Below the pieces are notes generated by a model. The model had not been told where the DNA came from and ran no database searches. It saw only the letters and a list, made by a program, of their open reading frames with translations. A DNA stretch of 64,000 nt from Obrimoposthia wandeli (lineage: Eukaryota). Numbering within the stretch: position 1 is the stretch's first letter; every line of letters starts with the position of its first letter. The DNA lies in contig CDROCS010003093.1 in NCBI GenBank assembly GCA_977020255.1, forward strand, positions 1 to 64,000, in the 5' to 3' direction. The translations under genes and the position numbers were made by a program. Positions 50,401-60,296 of this stretch are shown here, piece after piece.

Positions 50401-50691
50401 GTAGGTGTCGCCTATGGCTCCGATACAGATTTAGTCACCAGATTGATAAAAAACACTGCGGATTCGAACTACCGTGTGTTGCAAACTCCTGAACCTGAAG
50501 TATTTTTTACAACCTTTGGCAATAGCACTTTAGATTTTGAACTGCGCTTTTTTGTCGATAACTTATCTGATCGTAACCTTGCCATTCACGAAATAAACCA
50601 ACAGCTCAACAAGAGCTTTGCCGAACAAAACGTGAGCATCGCTTTTCCGCAACTCGATGTGCATTTACACCGTGCAAGTACAGATAAATAG
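47500..50691 (+). CDS. Large MscS-family mechanosensitive channel (MscK/MscM-like)
   Basis: Signal peptide, long coiled-coil periplasmic region, multi-TM region, GVGLGFGLQEIVANFVSG, FEKPVRIGD, IPNK.F.T..L.NW, IAFPQLDVH. Confidence 0.92.
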   Translation: MRAIFSCFVCFIFLSLPLYAEPDEIPNLVLDNAKRQLELLDPSVADDKNLRDLYLQITDTYSQIDATQAQIDVFKKNLKALPKDVANLKKLLAKEKKKEVPFKINSAVLQELELTLTQLQSTQLELQQNRNKIENEINSYNEKPAELRAALAQLKQQSQTDNTSSLDVEQQLDDALFSLKNLKMQSINLELLVIPLDSEYDRLKLSWTDIELLKLGSKIRGYQDKIQLLRQSETDKLLEDISPTEDNKNNPAAITQLIAKNTTLSDQLRTSVINTTGFVAHLRILEQQHTLIRQSYKVIQQQLELSENSFGIELKKFSQRFSVANTKSNTVKKISKVRLLKIELNQLKLNLSINQPQTVTWSKQSITDLADVQKTSLDLISNLHSAYIRELDELSKIHTLEKQISEQLNLGQTLLTEYLLWLPSVPAVNIDWLQQISNSSQSIIKSSYQQLSTLSFNRAQQWLRWIIILIIATGVSIFCISYQKEHQKLWSRQIGNVLQDRFSRSVKLIFLAPLISLPIPLLCFIFINKIIVIDHPDIKFINNFLCLSLWFFLSFNVWLKRPYGLFISHLDIPEDFCSRLKKLLPPLFILGAPITWLIMYFDTIPSLELHSGLVRLIFIFLAVLAGSFWAALWKVSPHASASDNISWWQQQKLWLFSLVIIHVLLVAAALFGYLFTSAVIMALLLALTVIFFTVFAVYRLGVRWLLIAERRISFAKARARRSEILAAREKNEEVPVLEENYLGLKSVSEQASVLLKALSFGLLLFSIWLLVKNFLPSLDVLEKVVLWQNDVSTASGIISESISLRSVVTSIFTIGFTVVAAYNLPGLLELLILRHIRLTPGTSYAITTITRYLLIIFSFIVGASQLGVEWAKLQWLVAAMGVGLGFGLQEIVANFVSGIIILFEKPVRIGDTVTIGGVTGKVTKIKIRATTISDWDRKEVIIPNKTFVTDQLINWSLSDAITRVIIKVGVAYGSDTDLVTRLIKNTADSNYRVLQTPEPEVFFTTFGNSTLDFELRFFVDNLSDRNLAIHEINQQLNKSFAEQNVSIAFPQLDVHLHRASTDK

Positions 50692-50743
50692 AATTGCTCT
50701 ACCCATAGACTGATGTTTGCAGTACATACTTCACTGATTTGAT

Positions 50744-50896
50744 TTAACCTCTACTAGGAGCTTGAGGACTTAACCGATCGTAGCGAGAAAAGGTAAAACT
50801 CTTGGTCTTTTGAGGCAATAGCGAGCTATTTAGCGGGAAATATGACCAAATTCTGATTTTTCGCAGTGATTAGTGTTAAGCCCTACAGGCTGCTAG
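50744..50896. repeat. About 150-bp imperfect palindromic intergenic element
   Basis: Nested arms CTAGGAGCTT/AGGCTGCTAG, AGGACTTAAC/GTTAAGCCCT, GCGAGAAA/TTTTCGC, TTGGTC/GACCAA around a central AATAGC-GA-GCTATT. Confidence 0.65.
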
Positions 50897-51128
50897 ATCC
50901 CGTTTTTTAAAATGATTAAATGCCGATCTCTAATCGTGCCAATTTTAAGCGATTAGCCGCCACCCATCACGCCCCCTTTGTATGAATAAAACTCAATAAA
51001 TGAAACAGAAAACCGCCAGTTTATCTTAGCTTTATTTAAGCGGTGGTTAATTCATCTCCAATAAAGGACTTATTTCAACGTTAAACTGGACCATTAAAAT
51101 TTAGGACTAAAGTGTTATAACTAAAAAA

Positions 51129-51143
51129 TGGAAATTATTTTCA
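51129..51143. promoter_or_regulatory. IclR-type operator upstream of malate synthase
   Basis: TGGAAATTATTTTCA, 14/15 to the recalled IclR consensus TGGAAATNATTTCCA, 55 bp upstream of the ATG. Confidence 0.68.
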
Positions 51144-51198
51144 TTTTTGCTATTATTCATTCTCGCATGTAAAAACTACTAATATTTTGGATATCCGT

Positions 51199-53367
51199 AT
51201 GAGCCAGATAAGCCCTGTAGGCAATTTAAAAGTATCTACCGAACTGTACAATTTCATCAATGAAGAAGCGATTCCTGGCACCGGTATTAATGCTGAGTCG
51301 TTCTGGGCGCAACTCGATCAAATGATCCATGAGCTGATGCCAAAAAATGCCGCGCTATTACAAAAGCGTGAACAAATACAAGCACAAATAGATAAGTGGC
51401 ACCTAGATAATCGTGACAGCGGTTTTGACTTTGCTAGCTACAAATCTTTTTTGCAGGATATTGGCTATTTGCAAGAGGAAGGCGAGGATTTTTCTATTTC
51501 CTCGGCAAACGTCGATGATGAAATGGCGATTATGGCCGGTCCGCAATTAGTGGTACCTGTCATGAATGCGCGCTTTGCCCTTAATGCAGTAAATGCTCGC
51601 TGGGGAAGCTTATATGATGCATTGTATGGCTCTGATATTATCGATAGTGCTGATGGCGCTCAGGCGGGGGCTGAATACAATCCACTGCGCGGTAAAAAAA
51701 CGATTAGTTATGCTAGAGATTTTTTAGATCAATCGCTACCGCTTGCTAACGGTAGTCATAAAGATGCTATTAATTATAGTTTGGTCGATAAAGCCTTGGT
51801 TGTGGACCTAAAAGTAGGTACGAGCACTTTAGCTAACCCATTACAACTATTGGGATATAATGGTGAGGTAACCTCTCCTACTAGCATTTTATTTAGCAAC
51901 AATGGGATGCGCTTTGAAATTCAAATTGATGCAGACCATTTCATTGGCAAAACAGATGTTGCAGGGATCAAAGACATACTTTTAGAGTCGGCACTATCGA
52001 CTATTATGGATTGCGAAGATTCCGTAGCGGCGGTAGACGGTAGTGATAAAGTGGTTATTTATCGCAACTGGTTAGGTCTAATGCAAGGTAACTTAACCGA
52101 AGAAATCAGTAAAAACGGTCAAACATTTACTCGTTCAATGAACCCTGATCGCACCTATAAAGACCTAAATAACAAATCCATCAGTTTAAAAGGTCGTAGC
52201 CTTTTGTTTGTTCGTAATGTCGGACACTTAATGACTAATCCAGCCATTTTGAACAAAGATGGACAAGAAGTTCCTGAGGGCATGATGGATGCAGTGTTTA
52301 CCGCGTTAATTGCCATCCACGATCTTAACGGTTCGGGCAAGCATCAAAACTCTACCAAAGGCTCAATGTACATCGTCAAGCCTAAAATGCATGGCCCTGA
52401 AGAAGTGGCTTTTGCAAATGAGCTATTTGCTCGAGTTGAAGATATTTTATCACTGCAACGCTTTACCTTAAAAATGGGCATCATGGATGAGGAACGCCGT
52501 ACTACGGTGAACTTAAAAGAATGTATCCGTGCTGCAAAAGAGCGTGTTGCCTTTATCAATACCGGCTTTTTAGATAGAACAGGTGATGAAATTCACACCT
52601 CTATGGAAGCGGGGCCTATGATTCGTAAAAATGACATGAAAGCTCAAAAGTGGATTGCAGCTTACGAAGATTGGAATGTGGATACCGGCTTACTCTGCGG
52701 ATTATCAGGCAAAGCGCAAATAGGTAAAGGCATGTGGGCTATTCCCGATCAAATGGCCAACATGATGCAAGCTAAAATAGCCCACCCTAAATCTGGTGCT
52801 AATACAGCTTGGGTCCCTTCTCCAACGGCTGCCACTTTACATGCCATGCACTATCACCAAGTCAACGTATTTGAGCAACAGCAGCAAATAAAATTGCGTC
52901 CAAGAGCAAACGTGGATGATATTTTAGATATCCCAGTAGAAACACACCCTAGCTGGAGCGCACAAGAAATCCAAGAAGAACTCGACAACAACTGTCAAAG
53001 CCTACTCGGTTATGTGGTTCGTTGGGTTGATATGGGTATCGGTTGCTCTAAAGTACCAGATATTAATAATGTTGGCTTAATGGAAGACAGAGCAACACTA
53101 CGTATTTCTGCACAGCACATGTCTAATTGGATACATCACAACATTTGCTCAAAAGAGCAAGTGCTAGCAACCCTGCAAAAAATGGCCAAAATTGTTGATC
53201 AACAAAACGGCTCCGATCCCGCTTATCAAGCAATGTCGGCTGATTTTGAATCAAGCACTGCCTTTGCTGCTGCTTGCGAACTAGTGTTTGAAGGCTGTAC
53301 ACAGCCAAGTGGTTATACTGAGCCTGTATTACACCGCAGACGTTTAGAGCTAAAAGCTAAAAACTAA
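51199..53367 (+). CDS. glcB: Malate synthase G
   Basis: [73 protein letters not shown]. Confidence 0.96.
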   Translation: MSQISPVGNLKVSTELYNFINEEAIPGTGINAESFWAQLDQMIHELMPKNAALLQKREQIQAQIDKWHLDNRDSGFDFASYKSFLQDIGYLQEEGEDFSISSANVDDEMAIMAGPQLVVPVMNARFALNAVNARWGSLYDALYGSDIIDSADGAQAGAEYNPLRGKKTISYARDFLDQSLPLANGSHKDAINYSLVDKALVVDLKVGTSTLANPLQLLGYNGEVTSPTSILFSNNGMRFEIQIDADHFIGKTDVAGIKDILLESALSTIMDCEDSVAAVDGSDKVVIYRNWLGLMQGNLTEEISKNGQTFTRSMNPDRTYKDLNNKSISLKGRSLLFVRNVGHLMTNPAILNKDGQEVPEGMMDAVFTALIAIHDLNGSGKHQNSTKGSMYIVKPKMHGPEEVAFANELFARVEDILSLQRFTLKMGIMDEERRTTVNLKECIRAAKERVAFINTGFLDRTGDEIHTSMEAGPMIRKNDMKAQKWIAAYEDWNVDTGLLCGLSGKAQIGKGMWAIPDQMANMMQAKIAHPKSGANTAWVPSPTAATLHAMHYHQVNVFEQQQQIKLRPRANVDDILDIPVETHPSWSAQEIQEELDNNCQSLLGYVVRWVDMGIGCSKVPDINNVGLMEDRATLRISAQHMSNWIHHNICSKEQVLATLQKMAKIVDQQNGSDPAYQAMSADFESSTAFAAACELVFEGCTQPSGYTEPVLHRRRLELKAKN

Positions 53368-53381
53368 GCTGTTCGTAAAAT

Positions 53382-53423
53382 AAAGTATGTCCCAATGCGC
53401 AATATGGCATTGCGACATACTTT
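53382..53423 (+). terminator. Hairpin terminator after glcB
   Basis: AAAGTATGTC / GACATACTTT outer stem with CAATGC / GCATTG inner stem. Confidence 0.6.
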
Positions 53424-53481
53424 ACTCTTCATATTTCCAACACTCCTTTATTGCTTCAAGCGACCCAGCAAAGAGTATTTG

Positions 53482-53508
53482 CACTTTCCTCACTTTCCTC
53501 ACTTTCCT
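53482..53508. repeat. 9-bp tandem repeat (CACTTTCCT) x3
   Basis: Three exact copies read directly from the sequence. Confidence 0.85.
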
Positions 53509-53651
53509 TTATTATGCCACTACATATAGACCTCGTATTAAAACCTAGGTATAAGATTAATATAAATTATTTAGTCAAAAGCTAGATCATCCAGAGTCAA
53601 TTGTTTCTAAATATACGATAACAACCAAAATCGCAAAAGGAGTGTAGTGTC

Positions 53652-54413
53652 ATGCCACAACCCATAGAGTATTTTATCGTCGATTTAGACGGCTGTGTTT
53701 GTGAGCCTTTCACTAGCCCTAACTGGCATCTAATCAGCCAATTACGTGATTTATCAGATCGCTCACATATCGACCCAGATATTCCTAAGCTTTCTATCTG
53801 TACCGGGCGCCCAGCCCCTTATACCGAAGCGGTTGGGCAATGGCTAAATATTCAACTACCCGTTATCTTTGAGTCCGGTGCTGGCATGTTAGATTTAACA
53901 AACCAACAAGTTTGGTACAACCCTGCCCTACCCAAAAATGCCAAACAAGAAATTGATAAAATAGCCGCTTATATAAGAGATTTACAAGATCAACACCCAA
54001 ATATCCATCCAGAAACAAGCAAACAAATGGATGCGGGGTTTACCAGTAGCGATACTCAGCTTATTACCCATCTCATCCCTCTCTTTAAAGCCTATGTAAA
54101 GCAACATTGTCCTGAACTACAAGTGCATAGCACCCCAATCTCTATGAGTGCGCTGTGGCCACAAGCCAACAAAGGATCCGGTTTAGATTGGTTATGTAAC
54201 CGATTAAATACATCAGCAGCTGCTATTGCCTATATAGGAGATACCTCTGGCGATATCCCTGCGATAGAATATGCGGGGATAGGGTTTGCACCTTTAAATG
54301 CAAATGATGAAAACAAACGCGTTGCAGATAGGGTAACGACAAGTGCTGCGACAGCAGGCGTTTTAGAGGCATGGCATTATTTAATTGAATTAAACAAATC
54401 GCCAAAGTTATGA
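53652..54413 (+). CDS. HAD-superfamily (subfamily IIB / SPP-like) phosphatase
   Basis: DLDGC motif I, CTGR motif II, NKGSG, GDTSGD motif IV. Confidence 0.87.
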   Translation: MPQPIEYFIVDLDGCVCEPFTSPNWHLISQLRDLSDRSHIDPDIPKLSICTGRPAPYTEAVGQWLNIQLPVIFESGAGMLDLTNQQVWYNPALPKNAKQEIDKIAAYIRDLQDQHPNIHPETSKQMDAGFTSSDTQLITHLIPLFKAYVKQHCPELQVHSTPISMSALWPQANKGSGLDWLCNRLNTSAAAIAYIGDTSGDIPAIEYAGIGFAPLNANDENKRVADRVTTSAATAGVLEAWHYLIELNKSPKL

Positions 54414-55819
54414 TAAATATCAAAGATAACAGTTTTTGGTTTGACCAACTTAATCTTGATATCCCATCCAGCGCTGCTCTTGTTGAAGATATTCAGGTGG
54501 ATGTGGCCATTATCGGTGCGGGTTATACGGGTCTTTGGACAGCTTATTACTTGAAACAGCAGCGCCCTGAGCTCAGTGTGGCTATTATCGAGTCTCAATG
54601 TGTAGGCTTTGGCGCTTCAGGGCGAAACGGTGGTTGGTTAATTGGTGGTATTAGCCACGATTTAGAAAGCCTCAGCGCTCTATCACCTTTTGATAAACAA
54701 CGCGCACTAAAGCTATTGCATTCAAGTATTGATGAAGTAGAACAAATCACTCTAAATGAAAATATTGAGTGTGACTTACATCGCGGTGGGACAATTCAAG
54801 TTGCTGCTCGTTACCCCGAACAAGAGAAAAACCTACACAATCAACTCGCATATTATAGACAACACGGGCTAACTGAAGCAGATTATCGCTGGCTTAATCG
54901 CGAAGAAACCCTCGATAAAATACACATGCGTAACACATTTGGGTCCATCTATTCTCCCCACTGTGCATCTATTAACCCAGCTAAATTAGTATTAGGCTTA
55001 GCAAAATGCGTGCGTAACAAGGGAGTACTTCTATTTGAAAGCAGCCCTGTTACTCAAGTTAAAAACGGTTGTATCTACACCGCAAAAGGTTCCATTACAA
55101 GTCATGTTATTGTGCCCGCAACCGAAGGCTTTAGTAGCCACTTACTGCAATTAAATCAGTATTTATTACCTATCCAAAGTTTACTCATTGCAACAGAGCC
55201 TTTATCAACAGAACAATGGGCTGAAATAGGTTTAACTAATAGGCCCACTTTTTGCGATGCAGGAAGACTCACAACCTATGGACAACGCAGTGTAGATAAT
55301 AGAATAATCTTCGGTGCGCGCGGAGGTTATCAATTTGGTGGCAAAGTGCAGTCTGAGTTTTCTTTACAAGATCCCGCGTTTAGAATGCGGGAATCATTGT
55401 TAAAAGCGCTTTTCCCTGCACTGGCGCAAGTTGAAATCACTCACGGCTGGGGTGGAACACTTGGCATGACACGCAGCTTTAGCCCTTTTGCGTTATTCGA
55501 CCCTACTTCAGGGATTGCCAGCGCGGGAGGTTACGGCGGAGAAGGAGTAGGCGCTGCAAACTTATTCTCCAGAACATTAGTTGATCTCATTTTAAACAAA
55601 GACAGCGAGCTCACACAAATGCCCTGGGCCTTTAATGATAAAACCCATCGCCAAGCATTGAAAAAATGGGAAGCAGAACCCGCTCGCTGGCTGACATATC
55701 AATTAATTCTTAAATCATTTTCATTTGAAGACGACCTTTACAGTAAACAATCTTCAACCAATCTATCTAAGTGTGTAACACGCTATTTTTGCGATCAATT
55801 ACACAAAATAATTACCTAG
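54410..55819 (+). CDS. FAD-dependent oxidoreductase, DAO/PuuB-like family
   Basis: IIGAGYTGLWTAY, GFGASGRNGG, ATEG, FGARG, WGG.LG, GGY.GEGV; ATGA overlap with the HAD gene. Confidence 0.88.
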   Translation: MINIKDNSFWFDQLNLDIPSSAALVEDIQVDVAIIGAGYTGLWTAYYLKQQRPELSVAIIESQCVGFGASGRNGGWLIGGISHDLESLSALSPFDKQRALKLLHSSIDEVEQITLNENIECDLHRGGTIQVAARYPEQEKNLHNQLAYYRQHGLTEADYRWLNREETLDKIHMRNTFGSIYSPHCASINPAKLVLGLAKCVRNKGVLLFESSPVTQVKNGCIYTAKGSITSHVIVPATEGFSSHLLQLNQYLLPIQSLLIATEPLSTEQWAEIGLTNRPTFCDAGRLTTYGQRSVDNRIIFGARGGYQFGGKVQSEFSLQDPAFRMRESLLKALFPALAQVEITHGWGGTLGMTRSFSPFALFDPTSGIASAGGYGGEGVGAANLFSRTLVDLILNKDSELTQMPWAFNDKTHRQALKKWEAEPARWLTYQLILKSFSFEDDLYSKQSSTNLSKCVTRYFCDQLHKIIT

Positions 55820-56224
55820 CAATTGCTCGGCTTCTAACGTTTTTAAAATGCTTTCCTGATTGATCGAGGCACAAGACTCGCACTTATTTATCTAAGAAAA
55901 AGTACTACTATTTTAATTGTAAACATTGACCACTCCCTTCTTTGACCTACACTTACCTGATTAACCAATCGCTTTATTACAATCCTAATTTCTAAAACAA
56001 CTGTTTTTATATTTATCAACAATATCGATTCAGTTGGTATTTTTCTCTGTAAATAGTGAGTAAGGTAAAACCTAGAGCCAGCAATTGGGCATTACTCAAG
56101 GTGCAGAATAATAACAACAGATTAGCTCACACCTAGAGCAGTCAACTGCTCAATCTAGGTTAAAGGTAATAAAGAACGTTTTTTTAACTACAATAATAAT
56201 TGTTTAGATGAAGTAATACTAAAT

Positions 56225-58180
56225 ATGAGCCTTAATTGTAACGATCTATCTACTGCTGTATGGATATACGACATAGATAACTATTGTATTCACTCAGCCA
56301 ACAAGGCAGCCCTACAACTATGGGAAGCTGACAGCCTTGAAGAGCTCGTTACTAGAGATTTCGAACCGGACTCTTCACAAGCGGTGCAAAAAACACTTCT
56401 AGACTACCGCCGCAGTTTTGAGAAAAACCAAACAGTCTCCGTTTACTGGCACTTTAGTCCCAAAAACATTCCCAAAGAAGCGTTTTGCCAGATGTCTGGT
56501 TATACATTTGACGATGGCCGTATTGGACTCTTATGTGAAGCAACCCCAGCCCACTTAACCACTAGCAATGGGTCGCAAAGCTCTATTCTTATGCTATCCA
56601 CTTATGATAGCCAAGGTAGCTTTATCAGTGCGAATCCGCCCTTTGTTGAGCTAATGGGCCCGAATATTAATTGCATTGAACAAATATTTACTAGCAATGT
56701 TGATTATCAAAATTTTTTACAGCAATTACAAGAGCATAAAAAATTTAGAGATGATTGCTTAATACATACCCAGCATGGAAAAGTATGGTTTGATTTACAA
56801 GCATCTGTTGCAAAAGATAACCCTAATAACAGCGAAATTTTAATACAGCAATTTAGTATTAATGAGCGCAAGCTAGAACAAATTTATTTGACCCAGCAAG
56901 TAAACACCGATCCATTGACAGGCTTATTGAACCGCAGAGGTTTTAAAGAGCAACTTGAAAAAAACATTAGAGAAGATACTGAGTTTTATATTTACTACAT
57001 AGACCTAGATAGCTTTAAAATGGTCAACGACTCTATGGGCCACGCCGTTGGCGATTTAGTTTTAAAGACGCTATCTGCTCGCTTAAAAAGTGACTTTTTT
57101 AAAGAGGCCATTACCTGTAGATTTGGTGGCGATGAGTTCATTTTAGTTGTAAATAAACACACCACAAGCCTTAGCCAAGGTAAAATAGCCAACGAGTTAT
57201 TAAAGCTTACCAGCTTGCCTTACACTGATATAAAAGGCGCTCCACTGTCGGTGTCTGCTAGTGTTGGCAGCGCCAATTTTCCCAGAGATGGTGATGATTT
57301 AGATAAATTACTACTGCGTGCAGATGCAGCGATGTATATGGCTAAATCTCAAGGTAAAAAACGCGGTGTACGCTATACCAAAGGGATGGAAGAAAGTTTA
57401 CAACGTTCAAGCTTAGTGGCAAGGCACCTCTTCTTAGCGATTGAAAACGATGAATTAAGCTTACATTACCAACCTATTTACGATACCTCTACCAACCAGA
57501 TCTATTCCTTTGAAGCGCTGTTAAGATGGCACAACCCTACCTTAGGCTCTGTCTCTCCAGATGAAACGATTGGCATAGCAGAAAGTACCGGTATTATTGT
57601 CGATATTGAAAACTGGGTAATCAATCAAGCCATTAAGGATTTACCTCAACTACGCAGCCTAACAGCCAGTCGTGCGTTAATATCAATCAATATCTCAGGA
57701 CTGCATTTTGTCGATCCTTTATTACCGCACTATCTATTAGGGATATTGGCTAAACATAAATTAACCGCATCAGATTTAGTGATTGAGCTAACAGAAAGCG
57801 CATTACTTAAAGATATAAATGAAGACAATAGTGGTGCTCAGCATATGTCTGAAAATGGCATTAGCTTGTCAATTGATGACTTTGGAACCGGCTTTTCGTC
57901 ACTCGCTTATCTACATCAAATACCGGCTAAAGTAGTAAAAATTGACCGCTCATTTACAGATAGATTAATACAGAGTTCTGCCACTATCACCAGTATCCAC
58001 TACTTATTAAAGTCTCTGCAAATGATTACCCTTGTTGAAGGGGTAGAAACCCGCGAACAGTCTGAGCTATTGCAAATGATTGGTATAAACTTACAACAAG
58101 GCTTTGTGCTCGCAAGGCCACAGCCGCTTAGCTATTATATCGATCAAGCTCAAATTAGTGAGCAAAGCCCTTTATTATAA
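56225..58180 (+). CDS. Cytoplasmic PAS-like/GGDEF/EAL c-di-GMP enzyme
   Basis: DPLTGLLNRR, GGDEF (no RxxD I-site), EALLRW, IELTES, DDFGTGFSSL, KIDRSF, EGVE, QGF. Confidence 0.92.
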   Translation: MSLNCNDLSTAVWIYDIDNYCIHSANKAALQLWEADSLEELVTRDFEPDSSQAVQKTLLDYRRSFEKNQTVSVYWHFSPKNIPKEAFCQMSGYTFDDGRIGLLCEATPAHLTTSNGSQSSILMLSTYDSQGSFISANPPFVELMGPNINCIEQIFTSNVDYQNFLQQLQEHKKFRDDCLIHTQHGKVWFDLQASVAKDNPNNSEILIQQFSINERKLEQIYLTQQVNTDPLTGLLNRRGFKEQLEKNIREDTEFYIYYIDLDSFKMVNDSMGHAVGDLVLKTLSARLKSDFFKEAITCRFGGDEFILVVNKHTTSLSQGKIANELLKLTSLPYTDIKGAPLSVSASVGSANFPRDGDDLDKLLLRADAAMYMAKSQGKKRGVRYTKGMEESLQRSSLVARHLFLAIENDELSLHYQPIYDTSTNQIYSFEALLRWHNPTLGSVSPDETIGIAESTGIIVDIENWVINQAIKDLPQLRSLTASRALISINISGLHFVDPLLPHYLLGILAKHKLTASDLVIELTESALLKDINEDNSGAQHMSENGISLSIDDFGTGFSSLAYLHQIPAKVVKIDRSFTDRLIQSSATITSIHYLLKSLQMITLVEGVETREQSELLQMIGINLQQGFVLARPQPLSYYIDQAQISEQSPLL

Positions 58181-58189
58181 TAGCCAAAA

Positions 58190-58651
58190 TTAATAGTCAC
58201 TAAGCAGCTGGTTAATTTCCTCGATCAACACATTGGGAAATTGTCGATAATCAAAATAAGGGGTGTATAAATACCAAACGTCTGCCTCACCTTGATAATA
58301 ATATACCCTTTTGCAACTACTTGAAGACATTAAAGCTAATTGATCTGTTGTTATAGCAAAACGTTTCCAGCAGCTTTTACCTGCAAAAACATGTACTTTA
58401 GCAGAGTGACTTAGCTGCTCACTAAAACAAATTTGCTCAGCTGTATGCAATAGCTTTTCATCTCTATACGCTCGCCAGTCCTTGGTGTTACAAAGCTTTG
58501 CAAAAATGGTCAAAATTTTGCGCCAATGGTTACCGTTATCTAATATTATCTGGGCTGTACTTAATGGCATAGCTTTATCTAACAACGGTTGGTTGTCTAT
58601 ATACAAAACAATGTTAGGCGCTTGGACGCCTATATAATCAGCACTTATCAC
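58190..58651 (-). CDS. Conserved hypothetical protein (DUF6942-like)
   Basis: GNHWRKI..IFAKL, W..YRD..LL, TPYFDYRQ. Confidence 0.7.
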   Translation of the reverse strand: MISADYIGVQAPNIVLYIDNQPLLDKAMPLSTAQIILDNGNHWRKILTIFAKLCNTKDWRAYRDEKLLHTAEQICFSEQLSHSAKVHVFAGKSCWKRFAITTDQLALMSSSSCKRVYYYQGEADVWYLYTPYFDYRQFPNVLIEEINQLLSDY

Positions 58652-58763
58652 CCATTAACCTCTTCATATTTATTAAACATAGCTTTCGCTCTTTATTGAT
58701 CAATTTTTAAATAACAACAGTCAACTTCTGTTAAAATGCGTGCTGTGAACAATTATTTTTTCC

Positions 58764-58819
58764 CAGTAAATTTATCACTGTAAACTCACCCCTGTAAATT
58801 CATCCCAGTAAACACCACG
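58764..58819 (+). repeat. Four degenerate 14-bp tandem units upstream of dbpA
   Basis: GTAAA at 58766, 58780, 58794 and 58808 (CAGTAAATTTATCA / CTGTAAACTCACCC / CTGTAAATTCATCC / CAGTAAACACCACG). Confidence 0.7.
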
Positions 58820-58827
58820 GTAACCGC

Positions 58828-60204
58828 ATGAACATAACGAGCTTTTCTGACCTCCCTTTAAGTGATGACACACTTGCCGATCTATCACAATTAGGCTATG
58901 TCAATCCAACCCCAATTCAAGTTCAAGCGTTACCGGCTGCTTTATCTGGACGTGATATACAAGCGAAAGCCGAAACAGGCAGTGGTAAAACGGCAGCCTT
59001 TGGTATCGGTATTATTGAAAAAATCGACCTTGATTTACAGCAACCTCAAGCACTGATTATTGCCCCTACTAGAGAACTGTGCAACCAAATAACCACTGCC
59101 ATGCGCAGCTTTGGCCGCTCTAAAGCAAACTTGAGAGTACTGACACTGTGTGGTGGCACAGCCAAACACCCACAACGCGACAGCTTAAAGCAAGGGGTGC
59201 ATATTATTGTCGGCACACCCGGGCGATTAATTGACCATTTAGAAGGCGAATATCTAGATTTAAGCGCCATGCAAACAGTGGTTTTAGATGAAGCTGATAG
59301 AATGCTGGATATGGGGTTTGCGCCGCAAATTGGAGACATTGTTAGCCACTTCCCAGATGAGCACCAAACACTACTTTTTTCGGCAACTTTCAACCAACAG
59401 GCGCGTGAGTTAGCTAATGCTATCACTGATGACGCCATATATATTGAAGTAGAGCCTGAACAAACCACTGAAAATTTAAAGCAAAAGCTGTGCCTTTGTA
59501 CGACAGAAAACCGAGACCAAACAATTCACAACTTGCTGATTCAACAACAATTTGAATCGTGTATTATTTTTTGCAACACTAAAAAAGTATGTCATCAGCT
59601 ACGTATTTTCCTAAGAAACATGGGCCATGCAGCACTTACTTTACACGGTGATTTAGAACAAAACGAGCGCGAAGATATCTTGGTTCAATTTTCCCACAAT
59701 AGCGCAACTATCCTCATCGCAACAGATGTAGCCGCCAGAGGCTTAGATATTGAAGCAGTACCTGGTGTGATCAATTACGATGTACCGACAGACCCTGCAA
59801 CTTATACTCACCGTGTTGGCCGTACTGCTAGAGCTGGGAAATTAGGAACAGCGATTACCTTATGCTCAAACCAAGAGTCACATCGTTGGGAGCGTATTTT
59901 AGAACTGCAAGAAACACAAGTTGACCCTATTATTGCCCGCGATTCACTCGGTAAAAAACCGATCTTCGCCCCTTATAAAACTATTTGTATCTTAGGTGGC
60001 AGAAAGCAAAAGCTGCGTGCAGGTGACTTATTGGGAGCTGTCACTAAAGATAACAAACTAACCCGTGATCACATCGGGAAAATTGATGTTATGCAAACTG
60101 TTAGCTATGTTGCGATTCTCAACTCGTATGCAAAAGAGGCGTTGAGCCAGATACAAGCCGGACGCATTAAAGGTAAGAAATTTCGAGCAAAAATTTTAAA
60201 CTAA
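58828..60204 (+). CDS. dbpA: DEAD-box RNA helicase with DbpA C-terminal RNA-binding domain
   Basis: Q motif, AETGSGKT, PTREL, TPGR, DEAD, SAT, ARGLD, HRVGRTARAG, GGRKQKLRAGD.LGA. Confidence 0.92.
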   Translation: MNITSFSDLPLSDDTLADLSQLGYVNPTPIQVQALPAALSGRDIQAKAETGSGKTAAFGIGIIEKIDLDLQQPQALIIAPTRELCNQITTAMRSFGRSKANLRVLTLCGGTAKHPQRDSLKQGVHIIVGTPGRLIDHLEGEYLDLSAMQTVVLDEADRMLDMGFAPQIGDIVSHFPDEHQTLLFSATFNQQARELANAITDDAIYIEVEPEQTTENLKQKLCLCTTENRDQTIHNLLIQQQFESCIIFCNTKKVCHQLRIFLRNMGHAALTLHGDLEQNEREDILVQFSHNSATILIATDVAARGLDIEAVPGVINYDVPTDPATYTHRVGRTARAGKLGTAITLCSNQESHRWERILELQETQVDPIIARDSLGKKPIFAPYKTICILGGRKQKLRAGDLLGAVTKDNKLTRDHIGKIDVMQTVSYVAILNSYAKEALSQIQAGRIKGKKFRAKILN

Positions 60205-60224
60205 AAACTTCCGCGTTATTACTA

Positions 60225-60262
60225 TTTACGGTGTACTTATAATATGAGAAGTACACTGTAAA
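60225..60262. terminator. Bidirectional terminator hairpin
   Basis: TTTACGGTGTACTT / AAGTACACTGTAAA (one G-U pair) between convergent genes. Confidence 0.65.
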
Positions 60263-60296
60263 TGCTTTACAAGCGGTTTATCTAGCGGCTTAAAGA

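Noticed and set aside
50692-51198. Glycine riboswitch upstream of glcB (known from some marine bacteria)
   Set aside because: No GGAGAG...CCGAAG...CTCTCAGG aptamer core; the region is explained by a palindromic repeat and an IclR box
56068-56160. Two ACCTAGAGC-starting segments, one forming a small hairpin, upstream of the GGDEF-EAL gene
   Set aside because: Only 9 nt shared and no further copies found; too weak to call a repeat family or riboswitch
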